Assembly: GCA_015065455.1 (NCBI GenBank)
Contig: SVQI01000008.1
Location: 716-64,715 of the forward strand
Direction: 5' to 3'
DNA: 64,000 bases
DNA from: Oscillospiraceae bacterium
GTDB taxonomy: Bacteria; Bacillota; Clostridia; Oscillospirales; CAG-272
Part shown: in pieces, positions 1-7,986 of the stretch
Layout: every line of letters starts with the position of its first letter
Numbering within the stretch: the first letter of the stretch is position 1
Program-made: the position numbers and the translations under genes
The notes under the pieces: generated by a model
Told to the model about the DNA's origin: nothing
Database searches by the model: none
Seen by the model: only the letters and a program-made list of their open reading frames with translations

Positions 1-3000
1 TACACAGCATCACAGGGTCTTCTTCTTATGATCCCCAACATGTACAAAATCGCAGGCGAACTTCTCCCTTGCGTAATTCATGTTTCGGCTCGTTGTGTTG
101 CTTCTCACGCACTTAACATTTTCGGTGACCACTCCGACGTTATGGCATGCCGTCAGACAGGTTTTGCTATGATGGCAGGTTCTAACCCTCAGGAAGTTAT
201 GGACCTCGGTGCTGTATGTCACCTTGCTACAATTAAAGGTCGCGTTCCTTTCGTAAACTTCTTCGACGGCTTTAGAACTTCTCACGAAATTCAGAAGATC
301 GAAGTTTGGGATTACGATGAACTCAAGGGCATGATCGACACAGATGCAGTTGCTGCATTTCGTGCCCGCGCTATTAACCCTGAACACCCCGTTCTCCGCG
401 GTTCTGCTGAAAACGGCGATATCTTCTTCCAGCACAGAGAAGCTTGTAACAAGTATTACGATGCTTTCCCTGCAATCGTTGAAGAATATATGGACAAGGT
501 TAACGAAAAGATTGGTACAGATTACAAACTCTTCAACTACTACGGCGCTCCCGATGCTGAAAGAGTAATCATCGCTATGGGCTCTATCTGCGACGTTGCA
601 GAAGAAGTTATTGATTACCTTAACGCAGCAGGCGAAAAGGTTGGTCTCGTTAAAGTTCGTCTTTACAGACCCTTCGTATCTTCCAAGCTCGCTGAAGCTA
701 TTCCTGCTACAGCAAAGAAGATTGCAGTTCTCGACAGAACAAAAGAACCCGGCGCTCTTGGCGAACCTCTCTACCTCGACGTTGTTGCTGCTCTTGCTAA
801 AGAAGGCGTTAAGGCAGAAGTTGTCGGCGGACGTTACGGTCTCGGTTCTAAGGATACTCCTCCTCAGAGCGTATTCGCAGTTTATGAAAACCTCAAGGCT
901 GCAGAACCTAAGAACAACTTTACAATTGGTATTGTAGACGACGTTACAAACCTTTCTCTCGAAGAAAAGACAGCTCCCGATACAGCTCCTAAGGGAACAG
1001 TAAGCTGTAAGTTCTGGGGGCTCGGCGGTGACGGTACTGTTGGTGCAAACAAGAACTCCATCAAGATCATCGGTGACCACACTGATAAATACATTCAGGC
1101 ATACTTCCAGTATGACAGTAAGAAGACAGGCGGTATTACAATTTCTCACCTTCGTTTCGGTGACCAGCCTATTAAGTCTTCCTACTACATCACAAAGGCT
1201 GACTTTGTTGCTTGTCATAACCCCTCATACATACTCAAGGGTTACAAGATTGTAAACGACGTTAAGCCCGGCGGTACATTCCTTTTGAACTGCCAGTGGA
1301 CTCCCGAAGAGGTTGAAGCAAATCTTCCCGGTGAAGTTAAGAGATACATTGCTGAAAACAACATTTCTTTCTATACCGTTAACGCTATCGACAAAGCTCG
1401 TGAAATCGGTATGGGTAAGAGAACAAATACAATTCTTCAGTCTGCATTCTTTGCTCTTGCAAACATTATGCCTATCGAAGAAGCTGTTGAATACATGAAG
1501 TACATGGCTAAGAAGTCATATCTCAAGAAGGGCGAAGCTGTTGTTGAGATGAACTACAAGGCTATTGACGCAGGTGTTGACGCTCTCGTTAAGATTGACG
1601 TTCCTGAAAGCTGGAAGAACGCTTCTAACGATACTGTTGAAGAAAAAGCAACAGGTACACGTCCTGAACTCGTTAAGTTTGTAAACGAAGTTCTCGTTCC
1701 CGTATCAAAGATGCAGGGTGATTCACTCCCCGTTTCCGCATTCGAAGATATGGCAGACGGTTCATTCCCTCAGGGCGCTGCAGCTTACGAAAAGAGAGGC
1801 GTTGCAGTTGACGTTCCTACATGGATTCCTGAAAAGTGTATCCAGTGTAATATGTGTTCGTTCGTATGTCCTCACGCGACTATCCGTCCCTTCGCTATGA
1901 GTGAAGAAGAGGCTAAGAACGCTCCCGCTTCTACAAAATTCCTTACTAAGCCCATGATCGGTAAGGGTTGCGAAAACTACAAGTTCACAGTTGCTATCAG
2001 TCCTCTTGACTGTATGGGTTGTACACTCTGCGTAAAAGCTTGTAAGACAGGTGCTCTCGAAATGGTACCTCAGGCATCACAGCTTGATCAGCAGGCAGCA
2101 TTCGACTACGCAGTTGCAGAAGTTGCACAGAAGGAACTTCCTTTTGCTGAAACAACAATTAAGGGCAGCCAGTTCAAGCAGCCCCTCCTCGAGTTCTCCG
2201 GATCTTGCGCAGGTTGTGCTGAAACTTCTTACGCTCGTCTTATTACACAGCTCTTCGGCGAAAGAATGTACATTTCTAACGCAACAGGTTGTTCTTCTAT
2301 CTGGGGTGGCTCTGCTCCCTCAACTCCTTACACTGTAAACCGTGAATCAGGACGCGGACCCGGTTGGGCTAACTCCTTGTTCGAAGATAACGCAGAACAC
2401 GGTCTTGGTATGTACCTTGGTCAGAAAGCTATCCGTGACAGACTTATCGGTTACGTAGAAGCTCTCAGAGAAGAAGTTAAGGACGAAGAAAAACTCGCTA
2501 TTATTGATAAGTACCTTGAGACAAAGGACAACAGCAAGGCAAACGAAGCTCCTACAAAGGCACTCGTTGCAATGCTCGAAGCTTGTCCCTGCGACAGCGA
2601 ACTCAAGAACAAGATTCTTGCAGAAAAGACATACCTCTCCAAGAAGTCCGTATGGATCTTCGGTGGTGACGGTTGGGCATACGATATCGGTTTCGGCGGT
2701 CTCGACCACGTAATTGCTACAGGTGAAGACGTAAACATTATGGTATTCGATACAGAAGTTTACTCCAACACAGGTGGACAGGCTTCCAAGGCTTCTCAGA
2801 TCGGTCAGGTTGCTCAGTTTGCAGCAGCAGGTAAGGCAATCGGAAAGAAAGACCTTGCACAGATCGCTATGTCCTACGGTTACGTATACGTAGCACAGAT
2901 CGCTATGGGCGCTGATATGAACCAGACACTTAAGGCTCTTGCAGAAGCAGAAGCATATCCCGGTCCTTCTATCGTAATCGGTTACGCTCCTTGCGAAATG

Positions 3001-3303
3001 CACGGTATTAAGGGTACAATGGCTAACTGCCAGCTCGAAATGAAGCGCGCAGTTGACGCTGGTTACTGGCAGATGTTCCGTTACAATCCTGCTCTCAAGG
3101 CTGAAGGAAAGAATCCTTTGACAATTGACTGCAAGGAACCCACAGGCGATTACAGAGAGTTCATTACAAGTGAAACTCGTTACAGCCGTCTTGCTCAGCA
3201 GTTCCCTGAAAGAGCTGAAAAACTCTTTGCTGACGCTGAAGTTAAGGCTAAGGAAAAGTACGAACACTTGAAGAAACTTTCCGAGCTTTACGGTAACAAC
3301 TAA
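1..3303 (+). CDS. nifJ: pyruvate:ferredoxin (flavodoxin) oxidoreductase, 5'-truncated by the window edge
   Basis: Frame 1 is open from base 1 (YTASQGLLLMIPNMYKIAGE). Two ferredoxin-type Cys clusters (CIQCNMCSFVCPH, CMGCTLCVKAC) and a TPP-type GGDGWAYDIGFGG motif. About 1100 aa. Stop TAA at 3301-3303. Confidence 0.95.
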   Translation, partial: YTASQGLLLMIPNMYKIAGELLPCVIHVSARCVASHALNIFGDHSDVMACRQTGFAMMAGSNPQEVMDLGAVCHLATIKGRVPFVNFFDGFRTSHEIQKIEVWDYDELKGMIDTDAVAAFRARAINPEHPVLRGSAENGDIFFQHREACNKYYDAFPAIVEEYMDKVNEKIGTDYKLFNYYGAPDAERVIIAMGSICDVAEEVIDYLNAAGEKVGLVKVRLYRPFVSSKLAEAIPATAKKIAVLDRTKEPGALGEPLYLDVVAALAKEGVKAEVVGGRYGLGSKDTPPQSVFAVYENLKAAEPKNNFTIGIVDDVTNLSLEEKTAPDTAPKGTVSCKFWGLGGDGTVGANKNSIKIIGDHTDKYIQAYFQYDSKKTGGITISHLRFGDQPIKSSYYITKADFVACHNPSYILKGYKIVNDVKPGGTFLLNCQWTPEEVEANLPGEVKRYIAENNISFYTVNAIDKAREIGMGKRTNTILQSAFFALANIMPIEEAVEYMKYMAKKSYLKKGEAVVEMNYKAIDAGVDALVKIDVPESWKNASNDTVEEKATGTRPELVKFVNEVLVPVSKMQGDSLPVSAFEDMADGSFPQGAAAYEKRGVAVDVPTWIPEKCIQCNMCSFVCPHATIRPFAMSEEEAKNAPASTKFLTKPMIGKGCENYKFTVAISPLDCMGCTLCVKACKTGALEMVPQASQLDQQAAFDYAVAEVAQKELPFAETTIKGSQFKQPLLEFSGSCAGCAETSYARLITQLFGERMYISNATGCSSIWGGSAPSTPYTVNRESGRGPGWANSLFEDNAEHGLGMYLGQKAIRDRLIGYVEALREEVKDEEKLAIIDKYLETKDNSKANEAPTKALVAMLEACPCDSELKNKILAEKTYLSKKSVWIFGGDGWAYDIGFGGLDHVIATGEDVNIMVFDTEVYSNTGGQASKASQIGQVAQFAAAGKAIGKKDLAQIAMSYGYVYVAQIAMGADMNQTLKALAEAEAYPGPSIVIGYAPCEMHGIKGTMANCQLEMKRAVDAGYWQMFRYNPALKAEGKNPLTIDCKEPTGDYREFITSETRYSRLAQQFPERAEKLFADAEVKAKEKYEHLKKLSELYGNN

Positions 3304-3316
3304 TATATAAAAATAA

Positions 3317-3348
3317 GGCTATCCCTTTAAACAGGGATAGTCTTTTTT
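3317..3348 (+). terminator. rho-independent terminator after the PFOR gene
   Basis: GGCTATCCCT / AGGGATAGTC stem followed by TTTTTT. Confidence 0.75.
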
Positions 3349-3367
3349 ATATCTAAAATATATTTTT

Positions 3368-3411
3368 GAAAAGTTTTTGAGGATTCTAAAGGAGCTTTTT
3401 TAAAAAAGCGC
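3368..3411 (+). repeat. R1 repeat, short or degenerate copy
   Basis: AAAGTTTTTGAGGATTCTAAAGGAGCTTTTTTAAAAAAGCGC. It shares the AAGTTTTTGAGG...AAGG-NN-CTTTTTT/AAAAAAG-NN head and hairpin with the other R1 copies. Confidence 0.5.
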
Positions 3412-3454
3412 AATTAAAATATTATTTTAAAAAAATAATATAAGAATTATTATC

Positions 3455-3530
3455 AAAAGTTTTGAGGGAGTCAAGAGGGCACTTTTTTAAAAGTGCTCCT
3501 TTGATGTGGGTTTGGGAGTGAAACTCCCGG
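3455..3530 (+). repeat. R1 repeat, full copy
   Basis: AAAAGTTTTGAGGGAGTCAAGAGGGCACTTTTTTAAAAGTGCTCC...GGGAGTGAAACTCCC. Nearly identical to the copies at 14108 and 44623. Confidence 0.8.
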
Positions 3531-3547
3531 TTGCATATGCAAAAAGA

Positions 3548-3569
3548 CAAAAGCCCGAAAGGGCTTTTG
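3548..3569 (-). terminator. terminator for the 3580-4026 gene (bidirectional hairpin)
   Basis: CAAAAGCCC-GAAA-GGGCTTTTG, with a T-rich run downstream on the minus strand. Confidence 0.65.
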
Positions 3570-3579
3570 AGAAAATATT

Positions 3580-4026
3580 TTATTTTCTATTGTTTTTTTC
3601 GTTATTTTTTGATACCATAACAATGATGATGATTACGATAACAACTGCAATAATAATTGCGATAATAACGCCCATCATTCCGTTTGATGCGGTATCGTCA
3701 ACTGCGTCTTCGACGTCGTCTTTTGCGCTGTCAACTACGTCACTTGCATCACCGATGATACTGTCAAGTGCGCCTGTTGACTGATTGCCCGTGTCTGTTC
3801 CGGAATTGTTATTATTGTTGTTATTATTTCCGTTTCCGGTTTCTGCGGCTCTGTTATTTCTTGATGTGTTATCATTGGAGTCTCTGTCGATAGACTGGTC
3901 GGGAATATTGCCTGAGTCGTATCGGCTCTGGTCGTTGATCATAGCGGCAGCGTTAAGTGCCAGAGATGCTAAAATTACAAATGTGAAAACCAAAGTTAAG
4001 AGCTTTAACAAATTGTTCTTTTTCAT
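3580..4026 (-). CDS. hypothetical low-complexity membrane or secreted protein (Asn-rich)
   Basis: 148 aa. N-terminal hydrophobic signal or TM segment (LLTLVFTFVILASLALNAAA), an N8 run, an acidic D/V-rich stretch and a C-terminal TM (GVIIAIIIAVVIVIIIIVMV). It has an AAAGGAA RBS and its own terminator. Confidence 0.55.
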   Translation of the reverse strand: MKKNNLLKLLTLVFTFVILASLALNAAAMINDQSRYDSGNIPDQSIDRDSNDNTSRNNRAAETGNGNNNNNNNNSGTDTGNQSTGALDSIIGDASDVVDSAKDDVEDAVDDTASNGMMGVIIAIIIAVVIVIIIIVMVSKNNEKNNRK

Positions 4027-4127
4027 ATTAATATTCCTTTCGGGAGTTTGTTTTGATTTTGGTTTATGAATATTATGCGCAAAAGATTCGAATGTATGTT
4101 ATGAAAATATAATTTGGAGATAGTTTA

Positions 4128-4454
4128 ATGGAAAAGAAAATTTTTACAAAAAATGATAATGGATTTATTTGCAAAAACTGCGGATTTGAAGTATTGCCGC
4201 TCGGATATTCATCGCGCAATCATTGTCCGAATTGTCTTCATTCTTTGCACGTTGACGTAAATCCGGGCGACAGAGCGAACGAATGTGGCGGCGTAATGGA
4301 GCCGATAACTGCCGAAGTTGATTCAAAAAAGGGATTTATTATAATCCATAAATGTAAAAAGTGCGGTGCCATTTCGCGAAATCGTTCTGCCCACGAAGCA
4401 AAGGTTCAACCGGATGACATAAGAAAACTAATCGCCCTCACAGCTAAACATTGA
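4128..4454 (+). CDS. RNHCP domain-containing protein (Cys-rich zinc-ribbon protein)
   Basis: 108 aa with a literal RNHCPNC motif plus CKNCG and CKKCG pairs. Confidence 0.7.
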   Translation: MEKKIFTKNDNGFICKNCGFEVLPLGYSSRNHCPNCLHSLHVDVNPGDRANECGGVMEPITAEVDSKKGFIIIHKCKKCGAISRNRSAHEAKVQPDDIRKLIALTAKH

Positions 4455-4506
4455 AAAATTAATTATGATACCATACAATTTTTAATTAAAAAATAACGCG
4501 CGCAAG

Positions 4507-4833
4507 TTGCGCAAAAACATGACTCGGGAAGAAAGAATTTTGTGGTATGAATTATTTAAAAAATTACCTATCACAGTAAAAAGACAATATAGAATAGAAA
4601 ATTATATTGTTGATTTTTATATTGCGGAAAAGAAATTGATCATAGAAGTTGATGGAAGACAGCACCTTATGTCTGATTATAAAAATTTAGATGCAGTAAG
4701 GGACAAAAAACTTTTAGAATGGGGAATAGAAGTTATTCGTATACCCAATAAAGATATAAACGAAAATTTTAATGGAATTTGTAATTATTTATTAAAAAGA
4801 TTAGGATTTGTATACTCAGATTTAAAAAGATAG
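4507..4833 (+). CDS. DUF559 / Vsr-like endonuclease domain protein, possibly lacking a proper start
   Basis: YIVDFYIAEKKLIIEVDGRQH core typical of DUF559. Paralogous to the ORF at 18741-19118. The conserved N-terminal ARKLR segment lies upstream of the first usable start codon. Confidence 0.65.
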   Translation: MRKNMTREERILWYELFKKLPITVKRQYRIENYIVDFYIAEKKLIIEVDGRQHLMSDYKNLDAVRDKKLLEWGIEVIRIPNKDINENFNGICNYLLKRLGFVYSDLKR

Positions 4834-4848
4834 TATATTTTGAGAATG

Positions 4849-5104
4849 ACGACCTCATCCGTCACACCGCTTTTTGCATCTGATAAAGACCTTATTTATC
4901 AGCGGTGTGCCACCTTCTCCCACCGGAGAAGGCTCAAAATTAGCGCGTTTTCTTTGTTGTTTATTATGTGTTAATATTAATATTAATTTGAAAAAATAAA
5001 GGCAAAAGACTTTACTCTGCGCCTTCTCCGGTGGGAGAAGGTGGCGTTCCGCCAATATGTTTAATTTATTATTGTTTATAATGCGGCGCGACGGATGAGG
5101 TCGT
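4849..5104. repeat. 256-bp nested palindrome made of two inverted R3 units, with no ORF
   Basis: Outer inverted repeat GACCTCATCCGTC (4851-4863) / GACGGATGAGGTC (5090-5102). Inner perfect 25-bp inverted repeat GCCACCTTCTCCCACCGGAGAAGGC (4909-4933) / GCCTTCTCCGGTGGGAGAAGGTGGC (5021-5045). Confidence 0.85.
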
Positions 5105-5151
5105 AAAAAATAAACGACATTCTTTTGATAAGGTTGTCGTTTTTTTATTAT

Positions 5152-5204
5152 AAAGTTTTTTGAGGGACAAAAAGGGAACTTTTTTCAAAAAAGTTCCCTT
5201 TGTC
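5152..5204 (+). repeat. R1 repeat, short copy; it also serves as the terminator hairpin at the 3' end of the M3 peptidase gene
   Basis: AAAGTTTTTTGAGGGACAAAAAGGGAACTTTTTTCAAAAAAGTTCCCTTTGTC. Confidence 0.7.
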
Positions 5205-5209
5205 TTATA

Positions 5210-6895
5210 TTATAATTTATTTTCTTCAAGCCATTTTTCTGTTGAGACTGCAATTTCTCTTAGCGCGCCGTCTTCAAAGGGTGTCTTAATGCCTGCGACC
5301 TCGCAAAGCTCGACAAAGGTCTTCTTTCCGCCTTCTTTTACAAACTTCATATATCTGTCCCATGCATCTTTATAGTCGTTTTGCGACAGACCTCTGAATA
5401 TAAGCGATTCTGTCTGCGCCAAGCAATAGTCGATATAATAGAAGGGATAATGATATATGTGAAGCTGTCTCTGCCAACCTCTGCCCTCGCTGTAGAAGGG
5501 AACGCCCGTCATATCGATATAGGGTCTGTACTGTCTTTCTAAATCAGCCCATGCTTCGTGTCTCTGTGCGGGGGTCATATCGGGATTATCGTAAACGATA
5601 TGCTGGAATTCGTCAACTATACATCCGTACGGGATAAATATAAGAGCGCCTTTCAAATGGGTGAGCTTAGCTCTTTTCGTATCTTCCTTATAAAACAGAT
5701 CAAGCCATGGCCAAGCAAAAAACTCCATAGACATAGAATGAGTTTCGCATGATTCCATAGACGGATTCTTGTTTTCCTCAAGCTCGAAGTTTCTCACCGT
5801 ATAGTCGGCAAAAGCGTGTCCTGCTTCATGAGTCAAAACCTCAACGTCACCTGCTGTTCCGTTAAAGTTTGAGAAGATAAATGGAGCTTTGTAGTCGGGA
5901 ATTGTAATACAGTATCCGCCGACAGCTTTGCCTTCTTTAGCCAGAACGTCAAGAAGTTCGTTGTCATACATAAAGTTAATAAACTCGTTTGTTTCGGGGG
6001 ACATTTCCTCATACATTTTCTTTCCTGCGGCAAGGATATCCTCGGGAGTTCCTGCGGGCTTGGGATTGCCGTCAAGATAGAACGTTGAATTGTCGTAAAG
6101 CATAAGATTGTCTACGCCGATGGTTTTTGCTTGTTCTTTTTTGATTTTTGTAACTATTGGAACGAGGTCTTTTTTTACCTGCTCTCTGAAATTCTTAACC
6201 ATTTCGGGAGTGTAGCAGTTACGTGTTCTGCGCATATATCCGAGCTCGGTAAAGTTCTTAAAGCCTAACTTTCTTGCAATTTCGGTACGAACCTTTACAA
6301 GCTCGTCAAAAATCGTATCGAGCGTATCTGCATGGCTCATATAGAAATTACCCTCTGCTTCGAAGGCTCTTTTTCTTACGTCTCTGTCCTTGTCGACCTT
6401 ATACACGCCGAGCTGAGAAATGTTAAGCTTCTTGTTGTCAAAATCGATTTGTGCCGATGCAATAAGCTTCTGATAGTCGCTGACAAGCTTATTTTCTTTT
6501 TGAAGAAGGGGAATAATTTCAGGAGAGAAAGTCTTTAGCTCCATTTCAAGATTTTTGAATAACAAACTTCCGTGTTTCTTTTCAACCTCGTTTCTGAAGG
6601 GCGAAACAAGGAGCGCTTTCATGAATTCTGTGGTCTTTTCCTGAAGCAACGGGCCATTTTTGTCATAAAAATCATTTTCTTTGTCATAGAACTCGTCTTT
6701 TGTGTTAATGCTGTGTCTTACGTAAGCGAGAGTTGACATTGTTGCAAAGTTAGAGCTGATTTTCTCGTGTTCGTCTATTGCTGAAAAAACGTCTTCTGCA
6801 TTTTTTGCTTGTTTAATATCAAGAGTAAGTTTGTCGTATTTTTCGCCGAGCAAAGCCATATCGACTCTCTCGTATTTCATTTCGCTGAACTTCAT
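5210..6895 (-). CDS. M3 family oligoendopeptidase (PepF-like)
   Basis: 561 aa with an HEAGHAF zinc motif. Length and overall sequence are typical of M3B oligoendopeptidases. Confidence 0.85.
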   Translation of the reverse strand: MKFSEMKYERVDMALLGEKYDKLTLDIKQAKNAEDVFSAIDEHEKISSNFATMSTLAYVRHSINTKDEFYDKENDFYDKNGPLLQEKTTEFMKALLVSPFRNEVEKKHGSLLFKNLEMELKTFSPEIIPLLQKENKLVSDYQKLIASAQIDFDNKKLNISQLGVYKVDKDRDVRKRAFEAEGNFYMSHADTLDTIFDELVKVRTEIARKLGFKNFTELGYMRRTRNCYTPEMVKNFREQVKKDLVPIVTKIKKEQAKTIGVDNLMLYDNSTFYLDGNPKPAGTPEDILAAGKKMYEEMSPETNEFINFMYDNELLDVLAKEGKAVGGYCITIPDYKAPFIFSNFNGTAGDVEVLTHEAGHAFADYTVRNFELEENKNPSMESCETHSMSMEFFAWPWLDLFYKEDTKRAKLTHLKGALIFIPYGCIVDEFQHIVYDNPDMTPAQRHEAWADLERQYRPYIDMTGVPFYSEGRGWQRQLHIYHYPFYYIDYCLAQTESLIFRGLSQNDYKDAWDRYMKFVKEGGKKTFVELCEVAGIKTPFEDGALREIAVSTEKWLEENKL

Positions 6896-7038
6896 AGTCT
6901 GCCTCCGTTTTATATATTTAGATTTACATTTTAACAGTATTTTACAGATAACTGATAGAATTATACCACTTTTTTAAAAATTAATCAACGATGATAAAAG
7001 GTTTTGCCTGTAAAAATGAATATATTTACAAAAAGGAT

Positions 7039-7067
7039 TTGACAAAAGGGAAGAAACAATGTAAAAT
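7039..7067 (+). promoter_or_regulatory. sigma-A type promoter for the transketolase genes
   Basis: TTGACA, a 17-nt spacer, then TG-n-TAAAAT. Confidence 0.5.
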
Positions 7068-7134
7068 AATATAAGCTAATACAGTAAAAAATGAGTAATT
7101 TTTTTAAGTTTTATATGCTTTAGGAGGAACACCG

Positions 7135-7962
7135 ATGGAACAGGCAAAAATTGCTGAATTGCAAAAAAAAGCTATACAAATCAGGCTTGATATTCTCGAA
7201 GAGGTATTCAGTGCATCTTCAGGACATCCCGGCGGTTCAATGTCAATTGCGGACGTACTCACATATTTGTATTTCCACGAATTGAGAATTGATCCTAAGA
7301 ATCCCAAATGGGAGGACAGAGACCGTTTTGTTCTTTCAAAGGGACATACAGCTCCCGGTCTTTATGCAGCTTTGGCTGAGAGAGGATTTTTCCCCACAGA
7401 AGACCTTAAAACATTCAGAAGAGTAGACAGCTATCTTCAGGGACATCCCGATATGAAGGGCGTACCCGGTGTTGATATGTCATCCGGCTCACTCGGTCTT
7501 GGAATATCCACTGCTTGCGGTATGGCTCTTTCGGGCAAAATATATAACAAGGATTACAGAGTTTACACAGCACTCGGTGACGGTGAAATTGCAGAAGGTC
7601 AGGTATGGGAAGCAGCTATGTTTGCATCTCACTACAAGCTTGACAATCTTTGTGCTTTCGTTGACTTTAACGGACTTCAGATTGACGGTGCTATTACAGA
7701 CGTTATGAATTCTACGCCCATTGACGAAAAGTTTGAAGCTTTCGGTTGGCACGTGATTGTTATTGACGGTCATGACTTCAACCAGATCGAAAAGGCTGTT
7801 GAAGAAGCTAAAACAGTTAAGGGTAAGCCTACTATGATTCTTTGCAAGACTGTTAAGGGTAAAGGCGTATCGTTTATGGAAAACAAAGCCGGCTGGCATG
7901 GTAAGGCACCCAACGCGGAAGAATACGAACAGGCAGTTAAAGAACTGAAGGCTCAATTATAA
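7135..7962 (+). CDS. transketolase, N-terminal (TPP-binding) subunit
   Basis: 275 aa with SGHPGGS and LGDGEIAEGQVWEA motifs. First gene of a split tkt pair. Confidence 0.9.
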   Translation: MEQAKIAELQKKAIQIRLDILEEVFSASSGHPGGSMSIADVLTYLYFHELRIDPKNPKWEDRDRFVLSKGHTAPGLYAALAERGFFPTEDLKTFRRVDSYLQGHPDMKGVPGVDMSSGSLGLGISTACGMALSGKIYNKDYRVYTALGDGEIAEGQVWEAAMFASHYKLDNLCAFVDFNGLQIDGAITDVMNSTPIDEKFEAFGWHVIVIDGHDFNQIEKAVEEAKTVKGKPTMILCKTVKGKGVSFMENKAGWHGKAPNAEEYEQAVKELKAQL

Positions 7963-7986
7963 TTATATATTTATAGGAGTATAGTT

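Noticed and set aside
10-1218. A 402-aa minus-strand ORF, plus 2347-3267 (306 aa), both antisense to the PFOR gene
   Set aside because: They lie entirely inside a confidently identified gene on the other strand. Their translations are Cys/Val/Ser-rich and low in information, as expected of shadow ORFs, and no RBS was seen.
3455-3480. A promoter-like TTGACT followed by an AT-rich hexamer, reading leftward out of the R1 copies (minus strand)
   Set aside because: The candidate -10 element is supplied by the non-conserved AT-rich flank with variable spacing (14-17 nt). It would drive transcription antisense into the 3' ends of upstream genes. It is most likely a coincidence of AT-rich flanks.
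3506-4069. Plus-strand ORFs at 3506-3784 and 3785-4069, opposite the Asn-rich gene
   Set aside because: They have no RBS and are low-complexity mirror translations. The minus-strand ORF has an RBS, a signal-like N-terminus and a terminator.
4855-5055. A 66-aa ORF across the palindromic element. ORFs at 14253-14549, 44770-45012 and 44840-45142 cross the R2 copies.
   Set aside because: These are translations of repeat DNA (for example the recurring FLRYFLACQESNQRRHKG). The copies differ by indels that break the frame, there is no RBS, and the conservation pattern follows base-pairing rather than codons.
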